Below are positions 14,601-25,480 of a DNA stretch of 64,000 nt, one piece after another (the first letter of the stretch is position 1; the number at the start of each line of letters is the position of its first letter). The notes beneath the pieces are model-generated. The model was not told the DNA's origin, ran no database searches, and saw only the letters and a program-made list of their open reading frames with translations. Origin of the DNA: Eutreptiella sp. 'Long Island Sound 2002' (lineage: Eukaryota; Protista; Euglenida); NCBI GenBank assembly GCA_964036045.1, contig OZ038379.1, positions 3,100,001 to 3,164,000 on the forward strand, read 5' to 3'. Position numbers and translations under genes: made by a program.

Positions 14601-15200
14601 ATGAAATATTCCACGGAGGTATCAAATATTCCACAGAGGGGGTTAAACATTCCACGGAGGTATCAAATATTCCACGGAGAGGGTCAAATATTCCACAGAG
14701 GTATCAAATATTCCACGGAGGGGGTGAAAGATTCCACGGAGGTATGAAATATTCCACGGAGGGGGTTAAATATTCCACGGTATCAAATATTCCACGGAGG
14801 GGGTTAAATATTCCACGGAGGTATCAATCATTCCACGGAGGTATGAAATATTCCACGGACGGGGTTAAACATTCCATGGAGGGGGTTAAATATTCCACGG
14901 AGGGGGTCAAATATTCCACGGAGGTATGAAATATTCCACGGAGGTATCAAATATTCCACGGAGGGGGTTAAATATTCCACGGAGGTATGAAATATTCCAC
15001 GGAGGGGGTTAAATATTTCACGGAGGTACGAAATATTCCACAGAGGTATCTAATATTCCACGGGGGGGGGGTTAAATATTCCATGGAGGTACGAAACATT
15101 CCACGGAGGCATCCAATGTTCCACGGGGGGGGGTAAATATTCCACGAAGGTACAAAATATTACACGGAGAATGCCAAATGTTCTTTGGAGGTGCTAAATG
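5659..15200. repeat. Satellite block 2 (same 20/21-bp family) with higher-order structure; degenerate tail to ~15680
   Basis: ~9.5 kb of tandem units; recurrent variant cassette GGGTCAAATATTCCACAGAGG...GGGAGTGAAAGA(C/T)TCC; near-identical ~636-bp duplication (anchors 6487 and 7123). Confidence 0.98.
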
Positions 15201-16204
15201 TTCCACGGAGACCCTCAAATGTTCCCCGGAGCCCCTACATACGCAATGCAAATTGTCACATGTTCCACGCAGGTGCTAAATATTCCATGGAGACCCTCAA
15301 ACGTTCCATGGACCACCTAAATATTCGACACATACTGTCAAATGTTCTAGGGGTGCAAGTCAATACGCAAAGGCCAGGGCATTGCACTAACTTGGATCAC
15401 CTCAGGCGGATCACGGTTAAGGGGTCGTGGGATTTGGGGGGGGGGGGGTTGTCCATGGAGACCCTGATTTGTTTCATGACACCCTAAAATGTTCCACCGA
15501 ACCAAACGTTGCACAAAGACCCCAAGCATTCCATAGAGACCCACAAATGTTGTGCAGCGACCCATAACGTTCCAAGGTGACCCTCAAATGTTCCGTGCAG
15601 ACCCATAACCTTTCACAGAGACCCTCCAATGTTCCACAGTGCCCCTAAACAATCCATGGAGGCTGTGAAATGTTCCACACAGCCCCTCACCACAAGGGTC
15701 ACGTCAGGGTGTGGTCAGCTTGACTTAGCTGGTGCAGGCTTGTCCTGCATTGCAACCTGGCCAAGGACATACCGCTTGACACGATCCGGCAGTGCCTTCC
15801 AAGCACAGTGCATGGTATGTCCATGGTGAACAGCGTGTGGGGCACACACATCGGCCCCCTAGCACAATGTCCCACCTCATGCAGCAAAGAGGTGACATAC
15901 ACCCCCAAGGGTGCCCCCACCCCACGTATGTAGATGCACGCCTGAGGGCGGAGAACAGAAAGAAACACGGAGCGACACAATGAACCTCAGGAGAGGGAGG
16001 AGCCAATGACCGATTGTTCAAGTGAATGCTGTACGTTTAGAAGAGCTCACTGTACATAAGATTGATGTTGGGGGCATGGAATCTAACGGGATTGAGCTTC
16101 TACGGTTCGAGAACGCTATTGCCTTGCTGTAGAGCCGCTCTATGTCTTGAATGTGTTTGTGGCCCCCCTCTAAGTACCTGACACCTAAATTTTTTGCTGG
16201 TGTT

Positions 16205-17520
16205 TCAGTTTGATTATGCAGAACACCCTTGGCGCCTACAACCATATACCCCTTCAGTGATGAACATGCTGACAACAGCTGAGAAGGGGTTCCAATCACA
16301 ATATGCTGACAATTTGATTATGCAGAACATCGTCGAGGTGTTCTGGTTGTTTGTGGTCTAGGCCTTGGCGCCTATGACCATATACCCCTTCACTGATGAA
16401 CATGTTGACAACAGCTGAGAAGGGGTTGTGACATGTTCGCTTTTGCATCCAATTACAATTTACTGACCACGAGCCCCTTCAACTTCAATGGCAATGCATG
16501 ACACTTGACATATGTTGCCTAGGCCTCTCCGTAGCCCACACCAAGTTTCACGGGATGTGGATTGTGGGCTGTGCATTGTCCAGCATGACACAATGCTCCG
16601 TCACGTGTGGGTCACTGTGCGGACCCCTGCAAGGACCTTTTTTTAGGACCCGTTTTGTGCGGACCGAGCTTTTGAAAATGGAAATAACTTTGCAGCCGAG
16701 GAAAGGGACATCCCCTCATGTCCTCTTCGCCGTTGTCACCATCAAACAGTTTGTCATGGCTGACCAAATGTGCACCATGTCCTCCAATGGCCAACAACCA
16801 TTTTGAAAACCCTTGTTTGTCAATGTCATGTGCAACCAACATACATCTGAGAGAGGGCTTTGTGGTTGAGTTTGAATTTGATTTGCCATTGTGTGATGTT
16901 TTTTTCCCAACCCTCTTACTTACCCTTTGCGGACGATTGCAATCTGCTGCACTTTGCACCCCTCATGGTTTGTTGTTTATTTGCAGGAAGTATGGAAAAG
17001 GATCTGGGAAGGACCATATACGGAGAAACCACACCCCTTGTGCTATGCATGCTCTGTTTTGCTGTGCTTCCCATGTTTACATGCTCTGCTTTCCTTTGTG
17101 CTCTTTTGCTAGGACGTATGGAAATTCATTCGGAAGATACCACAAAGTAGGGAAAACACCGCCCTCCCCCTACCTTGTGCATGAGCATATGCAAAAGCAT
17201 GCCCCCCAAAAACAAGACATTTGAGAAGGGGTTTTGCTATGTGTCACATTTACCTTGAACCTATGTCCCTTCTGTGCTTATCTCTCGTTTGCTGTGCATG
17301 CTTGTCTTCACACAAAGGCAAATGAAATGTTGCACCCCCCCCCCTCTTTGTACCTGAAGTTTGAACTTTTTGGCTATTGTTTCAATGCAGAACACCCTTG
17401 AGGTGTTTAGGTTGTCTATGGTCTAGGCCTTGGAGCCTATGACCATATACCCCTTCATTGAAGGTGCTGACGACATCTCAGAAGGGGTTCGAACATGTTT
17501 GTTTTTGCAATCAATTACAA
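16205..17520. repeat. Three dispersed copies of a ~80-130-bp motif (ATGCAGAACA...CCATATACCCCTTCA...GAGAAGGGGTT)
   Basis: Copies at ~16211-16290, ~16315-16427 and ~17385-17490. Confidence 0.75.
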
Positions 17521-17699
17521 TATGCTTGCTCCCACTTGTGCCTGTGCATTGCATAGGAGGCAGGTGTGCACTGTGCGTCTCTTACACATAGGGCACTCTT
17601 TTATTTTAAACCTCCCCCTTGAGGTGAGAAAGTGAGTCTGGGGTCTAGACCGTCGCGTCTCTGACCCACACATTTGAGTTGGGCTTGCCCCAACACCCA

Positions 17700-18030
17700 C
17701 GCGTTCAACTCCCACGCACTGCGGGCCGCCGAGCCGCAGGAGTTGGCCCTCGGTCCCTGGCCACAGCGCCCCGACCAGGGTTGTCGTTCATCCCCCAACC
17801 CACCTACTGCGGGCCGCTGAGCCGCAGGAGTTGGCCCTCGGTCCCGGGCCACAGCGCCCCGACCAGGGTCGTCTTTCATCTCCCAACCCACCTACTGCAG
17901 GTCACCGAGCCGCAGAAGTTGGCCCTTGGTCCCCGGGCACAGCGCCCCGCCCAGGGTCGTCGTTCATCGCCCAACCCACCTACTGCAGGCCACTGAGCCG
18001 CAGAAGTTTGCCCTTGGTCCCCGGCCGCCG
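17700..18030 (+). repeat. 88-bp tandem repeat (~4 units) upstream of the helicase relic
   Basis: CCCAACC anchor at 17794, 17882, 17970 (88-bp period). Confidence 0.9.
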
Positions 18031-18078
18031 CGCCTCGACCTGGAAAACATGCCGAACACCAGCCGCAAAGGCCCTTCG

Positions 18079-18366
18079 CAGGGCAAAGGCCAAGGCCCTC
18101 CGCAGGGCAAAGGCCAAGGCCCTCCGCAAGGCAAAGGCCAAGGCCCTCAGCAGGGCAAAGGCAAAGGCCCTTCGCAAGGCAAAGGCCAAGGCCCTGCGCA
18201 AGGCAAAGGCCAAGCCCCTCCGCAAGGCAAAGGCCAAGGCCCTCCGCAGGGCAAAGGCCAAGCCCCTCCGCAAGGCAAAAGCGGAGGCCCTCCGCAGGGC
18301 AAAGGTCAAGGCCCTCCGCAAGGCAAAGGCGGAGGCCCTCCGCAGGGCAAAGGTCAAGGCCCTCCG
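18079..18366 (+). repeat. 24-bp tandem repeat x12, probably once coding (QGKGQGPP)n
   Basis: 12 units of CAGGGCAAAGGCCAAGGCCCTCCG; CAG/CAA and GGC/GGT variants are synonymous in the QGKG frame. Confidence 0.92.
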
Positions 18367-18389
18367 CCGGCCAAAGACAAGGCCCTTTG

Positions 18390-20820
18390 GTGACACCCTC
18401 TTCCACGTGGACTATGACATCGACACAAACCCAATAGAGGGATTCACCACCTGTTGGGCCGATCGCGACACGTATGTGCAGAAGGCATCCCTTGTGCACA
18501 CTGTCCGTGAGTGTGCCGCCGCTCGGAAGTGGGCATGGGAGCAATATGCCATTAGGAACCTGTGCTTCGAGAAGGCACAGCGGTAGAAGGAGGACAAGAA
18601 TGGCAACATGGTGCTCATAACAGAGTGGGTTGCTGAGATTGAAGTTTGGGGCAACTATGATCTGACCAATGGGCATTTCATCCATGCATGGGACATGGAT
18701 CGGCCACACTTGGGCGACCACATCGCACTGGCACCGGACTTCATTGGCAAGGTGCATGGTGATGGCACCTTTGGCACCATGGTGACCATAGTCTGTTCGA
18801 ACAAACCGCCCATTGTGCAGGAGCACAAGTATTGGTGCTGTGTCCTGCCCGATGAAGCAGCGCTCCGGTCGTTGCGCGACGAGATACGGACGGGGAAGGC
18901 ATGGAACACGTTGCTCAATGCCACTCGGCAAGAACCACATGTGGCTGCCAGCCTCCCTGACGAGGACTAGCAGATCCTACGCCACCTTGTGGCACATCAT
19001 AACTTGAACCCCTCCCAAGCCTTGGCTGTCCGGCAATGTCTGGATGACGGCGCTGTTGTCTCCTCCATGACTTGTGGAGCCGGCACAGGGAAGTTGGATT
19101 GGTGGCTTGCGTCAAGGCAGTGATGTGGCAGCAGGGTCACTTCGACCCATGCATCCCGGATCTGAAGAAGCCAGGTTTCGTACACACCGGCAGGAAAGGG
19201 GGGGGTGGGGGCACTTTTGACGGTTTCCCCCCTCGGGCATGCATCCGAGTCACTGCCCCGACCAATGCACAGGTTGACAACTTGATGCGGCGGGTGATCC
19301 AGTCGGCTGACCAAGATCCTACATTCAAGCAAGAAGTTCTGAAGGATCACTCAGCACCTTGGATGCGGCTATGTGCCGCAAGGGGCTAAACCCCCACAGA
19401 TTTGCTACCCTACAACCAGCCAACAGTGGAAGTGTCGCTTGCTGATCATCCGGCGTGCAATGGCACATTAGCATGTGCCCTCAACAGCTGCCGCGGCATC
19501 CCCACAAAACATGCACTGTGCCCCAAAAGCGGCCAAGTCCAGACCCAATGGGATGCTGTGCCTCGAGGACTCATCCACAACGCTGAATGCAAGCCAAGTT
19601 TGTGGCTTGCCGGGGGGGCCCCCCAAGCAGCAACTTTCGCCTTGTAGCCGCCATCCCTGTTGTCGCAAACACAACCCGGTCAACTGCGCCCATACAGTGC
19701 CATCACTCTTTTGGCAACGCACATCAGTAAAATGACGTCTAACCAACTTGCTTGGCCACAGAAAGAGCACTTTACCAACGTCGATGTGCTTAGCGACGAA
19801 GGAACCCCAATGCAATATGGTGACTCACAGCGCTTCACCACAAGTATTGTGTTGCAGTTTATTCTGTACCGTACAAGGTGTACCGCTTGTGTCCCGACCC
19901 AGCAGTTCCGCATGGCCCCGCCCTTGGCAATGGTGGTGCGTGGACTGTTCACTGGGGAGTCGTTGGGCTGGTACCCCCCTTCCTCCCCTGCACTACCCCC
20001 CCCCCCCCCGTGTTGGGAGGTCAACACATCCGCATCGTCAGCACAGATAATCCGGATGGGAGACGTGAGCTGACACGGTATGGGATGTCAGAGGAGCGGG
20101 TGCAGGTCCTTAGGAACCAGATTATGAGAGCATGAGACTCCCTTGTCATGGACGAGGACATGCGCCGCCAAGGGAACCTGGGCAGGGATGAGGCTTGTGC
20201 TGCACTTTTTGGAGCATGCATACAGTGCAAATGCGTACCCCCCCAACTTAGTGGCAATCGTCACCACACACTATGCACAGATGCTATGGCTGCCGCACTC
20301 TGTGTGGGTTGTGGGGCACAAACTGCAAGGGGATCAGGGATATGAGTGTGTGCAGGTAATCGCCACCCTGGACCGGTACCAGGGTTGGCAGGCCCCTGTT
20401 GTCCTTGCCCCCTTGGTGTCCTCGGAGCCAAGGATCATGAAGGACGTGGTGCGGGCACACACACTAATCTGCAGGGCCCAGTCTTGGCTCCACTTCTTTT
20501 TGGGCCCTTTCTAGGCTAGGATGAGTCCCCCCTGGCTGCTTGTTGGCTGAATGGGTTGAGGGTGATGGCCGACCAACTGCAGCAAGGAGGAACCCAGGAG
20601 GAAGTACAGACGATGCGGCTTCCAGGGGTGATGCACAAGCAACCTACCCTTGCCAAATCAGAGGCGGGTGTAATTTACAAGTTTAAAGGGCCAGGAGGCA
20701 ACGGATACTGGGCTCGCATACGCCGCCGTGTCACAGGCGCATGGTCATCACCACATAGTTCAGTGTTTTTCCTCGCTGCACTGCAGCGCAGACCAGTTCT
20801 GTACCATCCCGCAGCAACCT
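18390..20820 (+). pseudogene. Degenerate intronless SF1B helicase of the UPF1/DNA2/SETX type (AAA_11 + AAA_12)
   Basis: Motifs in order across in-frame stops and frameshifts: LNPSQALAV (Q motif), GAGTGK (Walker A), VTAPTNAQVDNL (Ia), GQLRPY (III), QQFRMAP (IV), VAIVTTHYAQ, ATLDRYQG (V), RAHTLICRAQ (VI). ORFs 17831-18586 and 18608-18970 share a frame; 19072, 19402 and 19660 share a frame. Confidence 0.85.
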
Positions 20821-23070
20821 GAAAATCCAATAAACGTGGCGTACCAAAATGAAACTTTTTGGCAAAAATATGGAACATCCCCCCCTCAAATTGTCGCCTA
20901 ATGCCTTCCCGGGACCCTGAAGGGGGTGCTGCAATAATTTGACAGAAAGTCTTCAGTTTAATTTTGAGATAATGTGTCGACAAGTTTCAGCGCATTCCGT
21001 TGTGAAAGCACAGAGGTCTGACGCCATGCCATACCACACCATGCCAAGCCAAGACCGCCATGCCTTGGCTTGACAAGACGAGGCGAGCGAGCGCGCGCGC
21101 GGGGGCGGAGGGGGGTGCAATGGCAGTGTGGGTGAGTGATGGCAGTGGTCCAAAGTGAAAATTCCAACGGGTAGGGGCAAAGGTGCCACTTTACGAAGGC
21201 ACGCGTACAGCCGAGGCAACTGTCCCGCAGCAACCTGAAAATCCAATAAACGTGGCGTACCAAAATGAAAGTTTTTGCAAAAATATGGAACATCCCCCCT
21301 CTAAATTGTCGCCCAATGCCTTCCCGGGACCCTGAGTGGGGTACTGCAATAATTTGACAGAACGTCTTCATTTTAAGGTTGGGATATTGTGTCGACAAGT
21401 TTGAGCGCATTGCAAGATGAAAGCACCTAGGTCTGACGCCAAGCCATACCATACCATGCCAAGCCAAGACCGCCATGCCTTGGCTTGACAAGACGAGGCG
21501 AGCGAGCGCGCGCGGGGGGGCGGAGGGGCGGAGGGGGGTGCAATGGCAGTGTGGGTGAGTGATGGCAGTGGTCCAAAGTGAAAATTCCAACGGGTAGGGG
21601 CAAAGGTGCCACTTTACGAAGGCACGCGTACAGCCGAGGCAACCATCCTGCAGCAACCTGAAAATCCAATAAACGTGGAGTACCAAAATGAAACTTTCTT
21701 GCAAAAATATGGAACATCCCCCCTCTAAATTGTCGCCTAATGCCCTCCCGGGACCCTGAAGGGGGTGCTGCAATAATTTGACAGAAAGTCATCAGTTTAA
21801 GTTTCAGATAATGTGTCGACAAGTTTCAGCGCATTCCATTGAGAAGGCACAGAGGTCTGACGCCAAGCCATACCACACCATGCCAAGCCAAGACCGCCAT
21901 GCCTTGGCTTGACAAGACGAGGCGAGCGAGCGCGCGCGCGGGGGCGGAGGGGGGTGCAATGGCAGTGTGGGTGAGTGATGGCAGTGGTCCAAAGTGAAAA
22001 TTCCAACGGGTAGGGGCAAAGGTGCCACTTTACGAAGGCACGCGTACAGCCGAGGCAACTGTCCCGCAGCAACCTGAAAATCCAATAAACGTGGCGTACC
22101 AAAATGAAACTTTCTTGCAAAAATATGGAACATCCCCCCCTCAAATTGTCGCCTAATGCCTTCCCGGCACCCTGAAGGCGGTGCCGCAATAAAGTGACAG
22201 AAAGTCATCAATTTAAGTTTCAGATAATGTGTCGACAAGTTTCAGCGCATTCCGTTGTGAAAGCACAGAGGTCTGACGCCAAGCCATACCATACCATGCC
22301 AAGCCAAGACCGCCATGCCTTGGCTTGACGAGATGAGGTGAGCGAGCGCGCGGGGGGGGGCGGAGGGGCGGAGGGGGGTGCAATGGCAGTGTGGGTGAGT
22401 GATGGCAGTGGTCCAAAGTGAAAATTCCAACGGGTAGGGGCAAAGGTGCCACTTTACGAAGGCACGCGTACAGCCGAGGCAACCGTCCCGCAGCAACCTG
22501 AAAATCCAATAAACGTGGCGTACCAAAATGAAACTTTTTGCAAAAATATGGAACATCCCCCCTCTAAATTGTCGCCTAATGCCTTCCCCGGCACCCTGAA
22601 GACGTGCCGCAATAATTTGACAGAACGTCTTCATTTTAAGGTTGAGATATTGTGTCGACAATTTTTAGCGCTTTCCATTATGAAAGCACAGAGGTCTGAC
22701 GCCATGCCATACCACACCATGCCAAGCCAAGACCGCCATGCCTTGGCTTGACGAGATGAGGTGAGCGAGCGCGCGCGCGGGGGCGGAGGGGGGTGCAATG
22801 GCAGTGTGGGTGAGTGATGGCAGTGGTCCAAAGTGAAAATTCCAACGGGTAGGGGCAAAGGTGCCACTTTACGAAGGCACGCGTACAGCCGAGGCAACCG
22901 TCCCGCAGCAACCTGAAAATCCAATAAACGTGGCGTACCAAAATGAAACTTTTTGCAAAAATATGGAACATCCCCCCTCTAAATTGTCGCCTAATGCCTT
23001 CTCGGGACCCTGAATGGGGTACTGCAATAATTTGACAGAAAGTCTTCAGTTTAAGGTTGGGATATTGTGT
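20805..23070. repeat. ~420-bp tandem array, 5 full units plus a partial, alternating short/long units
   Basis: GCAGCAACCTGAAAATCC anchor at 20811, 21227, 21650, 22066, 22490, 22905 (spacings 416, 423, 416, 424, 415). Confidence 0.97.
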
Positions 23071-24929
23071 CTTTAGTAACCACGCGAATCGTTCCCTGTT
23101 GTGGATAACCAAAATTCACAATGAAACGTGCAACTGACCCTTAGGCCCTTCCATCTAGAAGCGCAACTAGCTGTGCACTGTTGTGAGCTGTAGAAGTATT
23201 ATATAGAGTCTCAAAGAGACCTTTCGTTTTGCCTTCAGATACCTCGCAATTTGCTTACCTTAACCTATAAAAGAACATGTGCACTTGAAGTTCATGTCCT
23301 TGCGTTGTTGACCATAGCAGCACATTTCAGGAGCTGAAGCCCACCCGGCTTTTCAAGTCAGGATTGGTCATTGGGCGCTAACGTGCACGAGTGCTGTGTA
23401 CCATGCATACCAGCCATCCCCACATGCACAAGAAAAGATGCCCCAAAAAACAACCAACGTCATGAACAACCCACACACCCCATTCCCACAAGGCACAGCC
23501 CGATTGCGTGACACACCAAAGCCGCAAACACCACCGCTCCACGCACCGTGCCTCCACGCAGAACAATCTCACCCCGGAGGTCCACACATGAAAGCCCAAC
23601 GCACCAGAGGCCTATGCACTACAACCTTACATGCCACAACCCCCCCACCACAATCATGCGGCATTTGATATGTGAGCTATAGCTCATTGTCCATGTTTGG
23701 TTAAAATCCTGCGCAGCAAAAGACCGCAGTCTGGGTCATGGCTTGTGTTGTGGCAAACGTCACCATACATGCAAATGGAAAGGCAAACTCAAAGAGGCAT
23801 CATCCGGGGGGTGTATTGGCTCCATTGCCTCGGTCTGCTTTGCATCAGCGGGGACTGTTTGAGGATAACTGGGTCATTGAAATGCACGGGCAGTGCGGTC
23901 ATGTCACCCGTTTGGGACAATGGGTCATGTATTTGAGGTGGGTGTTGTTCAGCGCATCGCCGGCTGCAGGTCAGCCCCGCCACACAGCGCAAGGAGCCCC
24001 TCAGGGACCCCATCCTGTTTGGAAGCAGGGCCGCTGACCTAACGAGGCCAGCAAACTGGGGGAGGGTCCCTGTTCAAGGCGAGGGATGCTGGTACATTCG
24101 GGTGGGTGGCCCTTCGTCATGGCAGTCGTGCGCCGCCCCCTCCACTGACTAACAAACCGGTCCTGCGGACCACGGGCAGCGCATATAACGTCATCCGGAC
24201 GCATGGCTGAGCTGGACACAACAACGGCGGCCTTTCTACGGGCCCAGACAGACAATTGCCGTGGAAGAGGGAGCTGTGCCCCAGGCGACTGGCACAATCC
24301 ATCCCCACCACTGTCGCACGGTGCAGGTAGTGCATGTCAAATATGTTGACTGAGAATCCGGCATCTCAGCCCTCTACCCATATCCGTGTGATCTTACAGG
24401 CGCTCTCTATGTTTCTCCGTTTCTTGTCACGGGCTTGGGAGGACCGCAGCAAATTTGGGGAGGGTGGGGGTTCAACCGCATAAACACCAGAAGGTCGCAC
24501 GCCGCTGAGGAGCCACCTCCAGTGGCCCACCAATACGGTCCCCAGCAACATGGAGCTGTGCCTTGAGGCAATGGGACTGGTGAGACTGAATTGTGCACTA
24601 ACGGGGGCCAATACAGCAACGCCGGTCCTCAAACGAACCCTCCCCGACACTCTGCAAGAGCACTGCGGCCGTTCATAGGAGAGAAACAGCGGACGGGCCA
24701 CTGCAAAAACGGGATGCCCCATGTTTTTGGGCCTGTCTGAACACATACAAAACAGCACCATTGGGGGAATGTTTGCCCGGCGCGCTACTTTTCTATTTAC
24801 TATCCCGAGTTCAGCCCCAGATTTACCCTCTCCTGGAGAAGCCCCCCAAGTAGACCACATTGCACTGCACACCTTCCCTACAAAACAAGTTGCATAATAA
24901 AGCAATATCTGTGAATTCAGCAACTCCAA

Positions 24930-25480
24930 CTGTCATCTGTATTGTACTGAACAAACAACATTGGTCCCACAGGTGTGGGTGTCAATACATTCAGTACAAT
25001 AGTGCTCCTTACACTCATCACAAACTGCGACGGTGGAGCGCTTCTGGCAACACAACACACACACTTCTGCCTCATCCTCTGCCTCATCTTGCGTGCCACA
25101 ACCGAGCAAACAGCTGCTCAATGCGTGCCCTATACCACCCGTGCACGTCATTGTAACATTGTTGGCGGGCTGTCAAAGTGCCATTCTTTCTTCATATGAG
25201 AGGCACAATGACATGAATCCGGCCTTCATAAGCACCATCATGGCCCCCAACTTCGAAATCAAAGAAATCACCTCGGGTACGAGAAAATCCATACCCATCC
25301 CAAATCAAAACATCTGCTGACGTCCCGGGGGCCAAGGGGCAAATCCATATAATGTTGCCCAACATATCAACGGCAACAGTCCACCGGTAGGGCACGGGTC
25401 ACAAAAGATGCCCGGCGCGCGCCCGGCGCGCTAACGTTCCCCCATTGGGGGGGATTGCCACGAACATGGATTTCTGGAAC
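24930..25480 (-). pseudogene. PIF/Harbinger/ISL2EU-type DDE transposase relic (DDE_Tnp_4-like) followed by a B-box-like Cys/His cluster
   Basis: WTVAVDMLGNIIWICPLAPGTSADVLIW...GGHDGAYEGRIHVIVP, then in the same frame past a stop, LTARQQCYNDVHGWYRARIEQLFARLWH; downstream CVLCCQKRSTVAVCDECKEHYCTECIDTH. Confidence 0.8.

Noticed and set aside
1275-15200. Dozens of ORFs (MKYSTEGVKYSTEV..., MEYLIPPWNI...) and a superficial CRISPR-like look
   Set aside because: They are translations of the 20/21-bp satellite; there are no unique spacers and no cas genes
18390-23070. Helitron
   Set aside because: Helicase is UPF1-like, not PIF1-like; no HUH Rep motifs; the hairpin is not followed by CTRR
20958-23112. 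Repeated 100-270-aa minus-strand ORFs
   Set aside because: Products of the ~420-bp array; unit lengths mostly not multiples of 3 and frames shift between units
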